Shown one piece after another: positions 50,339 to 60,300 of a DNA stretch of 64,000 bases. This DNA is from Octopus sinensis. Lineage: Eukaryota. The stretch's first letter is position 1. Every line of letters starts with the position of its first letter. Location: contig NC_043007.1 of NCBI RefSeq assembly GCF_006345805.1, forward strand, positions 21,080,001 through 21,144,000. The letters are read 5' to 3'. Below the pieces are notes generated by a model. It saw only the letters and a list, made by a program, of their open reading frames with translations. It was not told the origin of the DNA and ran no database searches. The position numbers were made by a program, and so were the translations under genes.

Positions 50339-50990
50339 GTAAGTCTTGTACGCTTATATTGACATTAAATTTCTTTTTTTAATGTTCAAATTATATCTTT
50401 GGCAATCACTGCAATCACTTTCAAGGCGAAATGGAGAAATCAGTTGATGTCTCTATCAAGTGTTGTTCTCATAGAAAACTTCCCATTTTCTTGAGAATTA
50501 TTATAATATTCTTGAGATTATTATAATATTGTTCCTGCTCATTAGTTACATCGATGCAGATTAGCTTTATTAATAATATTCTCACGATTTATTTAAAACT
50601 AAGGTGCCCACTCAATTTAAAATGGCTATATCTTCTTCTTTCAATGTATGTTTCTTGTAACTGTGGAATATCAACGTTTTTCTAATTTCCTCGCTCAATT
50701 TAAACATTGCAAACTGATTTCTTCCTGCTCTTGAAATTGTGACGATCAAGTCGTTTTTATTCAGGTTTAAAAAAAAAATATTTTACTCTTTTACTTGTTT
50801 CAGTCATTTGACTGCGGCCATGCTGGAGCACCACCTTTAGTCGAGCAAATCGACCCCAGGACTTATTCTTTGGAAGCCTAGTACTTATTCTATCGGTCTC
50901 TTTTTGTCGAACCGCTAAGTGACGGGGGACGTAAACACACCAGCATCGGTTGTCAAGCAATGCTAGGGGGTCAAACACAGACACACAAAC

Positions 50991-51021
<31 letters not shown>

Positions 51022-54000
51022 TACGACGGGCTTCTTTCAGTTTCCGTCTACCAAATCCACTCACAAGGCTTTGGTCGGCCCGAGGCTATAGTAGAAGACA
51101 CTTGCCCAAGGTGCCACGCAGTGGGACTGAACCCGGAACCATGTGGTTGGTAAGCAAGCTACTTACCACACAGCCACTGTTTATATTAATTCAAAAATTG
51201 CTTTACGTTTCTTTTACATAATGAGAAACTGGGAGCTTCCTATGGCGATTTCTCAGAATCCTGTCCAAATTTATTATTCGTTTCTATTCATTAATTAAAG
51301 AAAAGGTCCCTCATGCAACTTCTTATGGTATTAGTATTTAGATTTCCTAAATAAATAGAACATTCTCTCATTCTTTTGTGTTTCAATCATTTATTTGTCT
51401 GCGGCCATGGCGAGGGGCACCTGCCGCAAATGTTTAGTTGACCATATTGAACGAATTATTTAATATTTCGATATCTATTTGTTGAACTGCTAGATTACGG
51501 GGCAGAAAGAGACAAAACATAAACAAAGGGGTTAATATCTAGATCCGCACCCGGTGAGAAAAATGGAAACGAAAATGTGTAAGAGTTGTAATGCACCGTA
51601 TATTAAAGGAAGATGAGGGGAAAAAATGCGCGCTGACAAACGGGGAGGAAGGGGCCTCGGAAAATTCACACGATCAACCGTACAGAATCCGAGCTCTAAA
51701 CCTCAACACCCGGTCACAGGAGTGAAATAGAAATCGTCTAATACTTCTAATGCAATGTATATTCAACAAATATTAAGAAAAAAATGCGCGCTGACAAACG
51801 GGGGTGGGGAGAGGGCTCTGTTTTAGGGTTAGGGTTAGGGGTGGGGGGAAGGGTATCTTTTTTTTCTTCACAAATGTAAATAAACCCAATCTGTTTCTTA
51901 AACTAGGGACATATTCATACGGCACAGAATGTTTTTTTACCTGAATAGACGTCAGTGATTGGTTGAAATTGCAGAAATTGAAGAAAAAAACAACAAATAT
52001 CTTACAAACTAGAATTTTCTCAATAAAGCCAAGAGAAAAAGATGTTTTATAAACACATTCTACCAGTATACGAAGTTTAAAAGTGTTTAGTTACGTGGAA
52101 ATTATTTTAAAAAAACTGCCGTTCAAACCGAAAAGATCCGAGGGCTCGGAAAATTCACACGATCAACCGTACAGAATCCGAGCACGGTTGATCTTGTGAA
52201 TTTTCCGAGCCCTCGGATCTTTTCGGTTTGAACAGCAGTTTTCCCCTCATATTCCTTTAATATACGGTGCATTACAACTGTTACACATTTTCGTTTCCAT
52301 TTTTCCCACCGGGTGCGGATCCAGATATTTATTAACTAACAAAGGCACGCATACACTGGAAGCACTCCGTCGGTTACGACGACGAGGGTTCCGGTTGATC
52401 CGAATCAACGGAACAGCCTGCTCGTGAAATTAACGTGTAAGTGGCTGAGCACTCCACAGACACGTGTACCCTTAACGTAGTTCTCGGGGATATTCAGCGT
52501 GACACAGAGAGTGACAAGGCCGGCCCTTTGAAATACAGGTACAACAGAAACAGGAAGTAAGAGTGAGAGAAAGTTGTGGTATATAGTATATATAGTATAT
52601 ATATTCTAGATTTTTATAAAAATATATTCTTTCAAAAACATTTTATCATCAGAATATATATACTTTTCTCACACTACAATTAAGATATATTTATTTATTT
52701 TCACTTTATCTTCACCAGTTGAACTGTGAGATAAAATTTAAAAATAATGTTGTATGAGATAGAAAGTATCGTGAAAGACTTTGATAGTATTTATTCCTTC
52801 CTCAAGGACAAAAAGGTCTTAAGTTCCTCTTCGCCAATTTGTTCGAGATGCCAGAGAGAGATGACTCTGATAAAACACAATCAAGAAAAAGTATTTCGCT
52901 GCCCAACTCACAAAGGGGGAAAAGAATCAATTAGAAGGAACTCCTATCTCGAAAATAGCAGATTGAAACTACATGATTTCATACATATAATATATTGTTG
53001 GGGCAATAACCTAACAATAACAGCAACAATAGCAATGACTGGATTGTCAAAATGTACCGTTATTCAATGGTTTCAATACATGCGAGATATCTGTAGTAAC
53101 AATCTGGTCAACAATCCATACCAAATTGGTGGTGTCGGAAAAGTTGTTGAAATAGATGAAAGTCTGATGTGCAAGAGGAAGTACAATAGAGGGAGAACGC
53201 CACAAGAGAGATGGGTCTTTGGAGGTTATGATAGAGAAGAGAAAAAAGGCTTCCTACTCTTCGTAGCTGACCGTTCCTCGGAAACTCTGCTACCCATCAT
53301 CAAAAAATATATTAGACCGGGCACAACAATTCATTCGGATTGCTGGGCCGCCTATAATGGGATTGCAGAAATGGATGTGACACCAAAATACATCCATTTC
53401 ACAGTAAACCATTCCCAGAATTTTGTGGATCTGCTAACAGGTGTACACACAAATTCTGTGGAATGTTACTGGAAAAATGCAAAAAGAAAATTTAAAACGA
53501 TGATGGGGGTACATTCCACCATGGTGGACTCGTACCTTGATGAGTTTCTGTGGAAGGAACAGTATGGACAAAATGAAAACGATTGTGTGATAAATATTCT
53601 GAGACATCTTTCAGAATGGTATAAAATTTGAAGGGGTATGATGTCACGCGTGTATTGAAACCATTGAATAACAGAAATTAGAACGTGACATTTCTGCTAA
53701 GCTGCCGCAATTGCTTAATTAAGACTTAAATTGAAAGGTTTAAATTGAAAGGTGCAAATATGTGACGAGGTTGAAAAAAAATACCCCAGAAAAAAAATGT
53801 ATTTATCTAATTGACTACTATTTTGCTACACTGTCATAAAATCGCTACAATATCATGAAAAAATTAAGGTATGTACAGCATATATTATTGTATACATATA
53901 TATATACACTTTTAAAAATTATTTACTTTGTTCAAAAAATATTAATATTAATTAATTTTCAAGAATTATTTAATTTATATAATTAATTCATTAATTTTAT

Positions 54001-57000
54001 TCTGTAAAATAGTAATTAATTCATTTATCTGTAAATCCGCGAGGAAAGCGACTATGTAATTTTTTTGTGTAAAATTGAAAATGTTATATACACACACACA
54101 CACAAACACACATTTTTTGTGAAATCCAACACCTTTTTGTCTTAAAAAGCAGAAAGGTATCTGAAAAAATCCGGGGGGGGGGTTAACGCGAATCGCGCAC
54201 TGCGCATGCGCAAGTCACCTCGTTGGATCTCGAGTATCGAGTACCTACGTCTGGCGCGCGAATTCGCGCCAGCGCAACCGGGACCACTACAATAGACAAG
54301 TACCCCCCTACCGTAGCCTCGTGAAGCTTTAGGTGTTTTCGCTCAATAAACACTCACAACGCCCGGTCTGGGAATCGAAACCGCGATCCTACGACCGCGA
54401 GTTCGCTGCCCTAACCACTGGGCCATTGCGCCTCCACGCACGTATACACGCACCTACACTAAACCCCAGAACTCCTTAACCAAACAATAATGTTGGTGCA
54501 TATTCTTTTTCATTTATTGTCTGTGATTTCCATATTACTTCCTTACTGAGACAACAAAAGAATATTAACAATTAATGATTTTTAAAACGCATGAAAGACA
54601 ATTTAGTCCCACTGCCCAAGAGAGAATTCTTGTAGAATAGATTGGAAATTATTTAGTATGCTAAAAACCGCAATTTCTTGGGTACTACTTGAGAACAGTG
54701 GTCCCGGTGCGCGCACTCGCGTAGTCGCGCTAGCTAGTCGTGACTAGTCGATCCTACAACGACTACCTAGCAAAGTAAATACAACACAAAATAAATAATT
54801 TTTAAAACAAAGTAAATAACACAAAACACAAAGGATCGACTAGTCATGACTAGCTAGCGCGAGTGCGCGCACCGGGACCACTGTTCTCAAGTCGTACCAA
54901 TTTCTTGTGATCTCTGTTTTAAGTATCGTAGATTACGAATCTATAAAAGTTAATTAAAACACTTGAGACATTTTAAACATCTAAGATTATGATTCCTTAA
55001 AATTATGTGGAGGAATTCTGGAGAAAAGAAATCGATAAAGAGTCAAAACTGAAAAATTATGGAAGGAGAGGAAAATCTTTCTTTGCAGATTCATAAAAAT
55101 TAAGGGTTTTGGTGTCCCACATAATTTCCGACTCTATTCTACAGAAAGACCCCACCACCACCACAACAATTAAATTTGTGTCTATGAGCTCTGTAAGACT
55201 CAACAGAACAATCGAACTCTTCCACCCCTGCGTAACAACACACTGGTATTGTATTCCTCCGCCGCCAGCTTTTAAAGGGTAGAGGAACGCAGTACCAGTG
55301 TGTTGTTACGCAGGTGCGAAATAGTTAGGCTACCCTGCAACTGGGTCATGTCCCTGACTTCGCGATTTCGTGATTTGAGAATATTTTGTAAAACGACTAA
55401 GAACGATTACTCTTACACTTTACTCTTTTACTTGTTTCAGTCATTTTAACTGCGGCCATGCTGGAGCATCGCCTTTAGTCGAGTAAATCGACCCCGGGAC
55501 TTATTCTATCGGTCTCTTTTGCCGAACCGCTATGTGACGGGGACGTAAACACACCAGCATCGGTTGTCAAGCAATGCTAGGGGGACAAACACAGACACAC
55601 AAACACATACACACACATACATATATATATATATATACATATATACGACAGGCTTCTTTCAGTTTCCGTCTACCAAATCCACTCACAAGGCATTGGTCGG
55701 CCCGAGGTTATAGTAGAAGACACTTGCCCAAGATGCCACGCAGTGGGACTGAACCCAGAATCATGTGGTTGGTTAGCAAGCTACTTACCACACAGCCACT
55801 CCTGCACCTATGTTTACAAGTTTACGCCTATGATTGCAATGTTTACAAGTCAAATTGTGTGGGAGTGCTTCGTATGTCATAATGGGGGAAAAAAATGAGT
55901 GAAAAATAATTGCTCTCTTTATCTTTATCTAGTTTCAGCTCACGAGCTGTGGCCATGCTGGGGCACCGCCATTTATGCGAAATATTTTTCCAATTTCAAT
56001 TTGCTGGTCGCGGCACAGGCGTGGCTATGTGATTAACTATGAAAACTACCAAAAGTTGTGTTTCTTCTAGTATTCATAATGGTCCTTATCATATTCTCCT
56101 AGATGAACCCTTGGTGGAGGCGCAATGGCCCAGTGGTTAGGGCAGCGGACTCGCGGTCGTAGGATCGCGGTTTCGATTCCCATACCGGGCGTTGTGAGTG
56201 TTTATTGAGCGAAAACACCTAAAGCTCCACGAGGCTCCAGCAGGGGATGGTGGTGATCCCTGCTGTACTCTTTCACCACAACTTTCTCTCACTCTTACTT
56301 CCTGTTTCTGTTGTACCTGTATTTCAAAGGGCCGGCCTTGTCACTCTCTGTGTCACGCTGAATATCCCCGAGAACTACGTTAAGGGTACACGTGTCTGTG
56401 GAGTGCTCAGCCACTTACACGTTAATTTCACGAGCAGGCTGTTCCGTTGATCGGATCAACCGGAACCCTCATCGTCGTAACCGACGGAGTGCTTCCACAG
56501 ATGAACCCTTATTCTTCTTTGTATTTTTTTCTTTCCATATTTTTCAGTTCACTTCACTTCCATATATACCCCTTCACATGTGTCTGCCATCATCATCATT
56601 ATTTTTCTCCTCTCTTCTTTCTGAATTTCAGCCAGTTTTCCTTTGTCATCATTGCATACTTCTTAAGAAATGATTTCTTTTACAGAATGGAACATTTACA
56701 AACCCAGAAAGGTTTATTTCACTTTGGGATAAAGCTCACTATAAATTAAAAGAAAAAGAAAAGGGTTTTCCGTTAACCCCACTTCTGCGTTTCAGGGTCA
56801 GAAAAAAGTAAGTTATGTTGTCTGTTTCCTTTTGGCATTTTCATACTTGTTTCCGAATCTCCCCAGGTCATTACTAGCTGAGATGTAACAGATTCTTACT
56901 GAGGTATGCAAACAGGGTAGGCAGAAGCTGTTTTGGCGGGTGGATTTCTTCCAGAGACATCATGAGAAAATAATCAACCCCAGTACTACTGGACTGGTAC

Positions 57001-57284
57001 TTTAGTTATCAACCTCAAAAAAATGAAACACAGAGTTGACCGTGGCAGGATTTGAACTTGGAGTCCTCACTGTCAGATTGAATACCATAAGGTATTCTAT
57101 CTGATGTTCTAACAATGCTACCAAGGCACCACGTATGCACATGCACAGGAGTGGCTGTGTGGTAAGTAACTTGCTTACCAACCACATGGTTCCGGGTTCA
57201 GTCCCACTGCATGGCACCTTGGGCAAGTGACTTCTACTATAGCCTGTCTAAAGAAGCCTGTTGTATGTGTGTGTGTATATATAT

Positions 57285-57342
<58 letters not shown>

Positions 57343-60300
57343 GTATGTATGTACGTGTGTGTATATGTTTGTGTGCTCGACTAAAGGCGGTGCTCCAGCA
57401 TGGCCGCAGTCAAATGACTGAAACAAGTAAAAGAGAGTATATACACATATTGTGGATATAAAATGATGTCCTATGCAAGGAGATGGAGTGAAGAAGGGAA
57501 AACACAGTAGAACTGGTGGAAAGCATCTTCAAATGCAGTCACTGCCTTTAAGACTGCTACTCCCATCTGAACCTGTGCAGCCACAGCAGACACTGCACTG
57601 CTATCAGCAGCTGACACAAAATTCTCCAGGCACAGATCCATGGTCTTTGGTCTTTCAAAACCAACGGATGCCATAGATAGACAGATAGATATAGATAGTA
57701 GTACATTATGATAGTTTCAAATTGTTGGCACACTGCCAACAATTTAAGGGGAGGAAAATAGGGGATTCTATTGATTCCAGTGTTCGGCTGGTCCTTACTG
57801 TACTTATTTTATCGATCCTGAAAAAACGTGAAAGGCAAAGTCTACCTTGGCTGAATGTGAAATCAGAATGTAAAGAGGCGATTACCATAAAAGCTTTTTT
57901 TTTTTTGCAATGGGAACAGTTAAGCTCTTCCTTTCAATCCACTTGAAACAGTTTTTGATGACAAATATTTACCCAACTCTACTAATTGTTCTGTGGCCCT
58001 TTACCAGTTCTGTCCTTTTTGTTACAAAATGGTGTAACACAATATAGAACATGTTCTATTATTACTGTGTGATATAAAATGAAGAAGTGATGTATTGTAC
58101 GATATAGGAATTTGAAATCATTTAACCAGCGTTGCCTTACTGGCACCTGTGCCGGTGGCATGTGTAAAAAGATTCGACCGAGGTCATTGCCAGTACCGCC
58201 TGACTGGCCCCCGTGCCGGTGGCACGTAAAAAGTACCCACTACACTCTTGGAGTGGTTGGCGTTAGGAAGGGCATCCAGCTGTAGAAACTCTGCCAGATC
58301 AAGATTGGAGCCTGGTGCAGCCATCTGGTTCGCCAGCCCTCAGTCAAAAATTGTCCAACCCATGCTAGCATGGAAAGCGGACTTTAAACGATGATGATGA
58401 TGATGATGATGATTATCCTGTTGTCTTTCAAAAACTATTATTTCTTCCTGTGGTTAAACACCATATGACAATTCTACAGTAATATTAATTGATTTTTTTT
58501 GTTGTTTTTTGACTAGGTATCCACCGCCTAAAAGTATTTGTCCAAGTGGCAAGAGGCCTTCAAGTAACTTACCTGAACATGCTCGTCAGACATTAAAACA
58601 GTGGTTTAATAAACATGCTGATTATCCTTATCCAGACGAACATGAAAAAAAGCAATTGGTGGAACAGAGCGGTTTGATATTATCTCAAGTGAAGACTTGG
58701 TTTGCCAATACCAGACGCAGAAAAAAGCTAACAGCACCAAAATCAAATTTAAAATATGGAAAGATTATGAAACATTACCATCAGTATAATTGCTCCTCGC
58801 AATCATTAACTGATGGCGTTGATTATGCTTTGGATATGTCTATGAAGAAAGTTGGGCTGTATCCTGATGAAGAGAATTTTGGTCAGACAAAGATGGATAA
58901 TAAAAAACTACAGGACCAGTGTTTCTTTAAAGTTCAAGAATCTGGAAATATTTGTAAAGAAGATGATATTATTTCAAAAGAGATAGAACAAAATAAAGAA
59001 CAAGGTTACTACTTGGAAAATAAAGAAATGGAAATCAAGTCAGACACAAAGGATTCTCATGAAACAAGGCAATTAAATTCGGTATTATTTGAAAATGCTT
59101 ATCCCGTTTTACGAACCCAAAACTTTATCATCCCAAAAGAAAACAATTATTGTGACTTTGTTTCTGAGCAGAACGTAGATGCTGTCGGTAATGTTTGTAA
59201 TACGTATACCTTACCAATAGATGGTGAATATCCCGATGATTCGAATGTCCTTCAGGATTGTGTAGAAATCAAAAGTGTTGAAAATGATTTATTTCCAAAT
59301 GAAAGCAGTGAAGCTGTTACCTTTCTTCCAAATGAGACAGTTTTGATGCCAAATATTAACCCAGCTCTGCCAGTCACTCTGTGGCAATTGCCACTTCTGC
59401 CCACAGGTTTGAATTTATTCTGTTTTAATATTTCTTGTAATATATCTTAGTCTTTGATTCCAATAAACAATTTACTTCCCCTTAAAAACAATTTGCAAAC
59501 ATATTTACATTCCCATATAACAGTTAAGAACATCACCATTATTGTATTACGCATGCATGGAAGTGTTTGTTTGACTAGGTGCTGCTGGCTTAATTACACA
59601 TGACTCAAGTTAGAGAAGGGGTGCGTATTATACACAAGGTTTAGGTTTTTCAGAGGTACAGCCCCCTAAAAATCCCTTGCGTATTATACTCAAGGGAGGA
59701 CTATACTCAAGGATTTACAGTAAACATTTAATTTCATTAAAAATATATACTATTACTAAATTTTGCTAAATTTCATGATCCTTTTAGTAAAATATTTATT
59801 TACTCTATGTATTTTTCTCATTGCTATCTTTTATATCATCACATTTTGCTCAATATCTAGATTGCCTGATATCTTTTACCAACCAGAATATCACCACAAA
59901 CTCAAACGGGCAGACACCTGACAATTGTAAATATATTTCTGACCTTAACAATACTTCATTTATTCACTGTGACCAAACCTCTCAATATGCTGATAATAAG
60001 CAGTTTGTTCCTGATACACCCAGAGAAAACAGCCAACCGACAGAATATGATGCTTCAAATAATGCAAGGAACATGATGTCATATGAAATGTTGAATAATT
60101 CACATCAAGGTAATGAAGATCCAAATATACATAATATAAAGTAAGTAGTTTTCAATCAATTTCTTCCTTTTTGTTTTATTAATTTCGTTTACCAACCACA
60201 TGGTTCTGGGTTCAGTCCCACTGTGTGGCACCTTGGGCAAGTGTCTTCTACTATAGCCTCGGGCCAACCAAAGCCTTGTGAGTGGATTTGGTAGACGGAA

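Noticed and set aside
56113-56190. tRNA-like cloverleaf heads (also 20455, 35780, 6113)
   Set aside because: Each continues into a SINE body; acceptor stems are not intact
57450-57690. Unique-looking coding-like segment in the homeobox intron 2
   Set aside because: One frame gives FKCSHCL*DCYSHLNLCSHSRHC, the C-terminal zinc knuckle of a decayed RTE-like LINE
58509-59450. Calling the homeobox ORF a single-exon TGIF/Iroquois/Mohawk gene
   Set aside because: No ATG at the ORF start, an acceptor at 58516, and upstream SIX-domain exons join in phase
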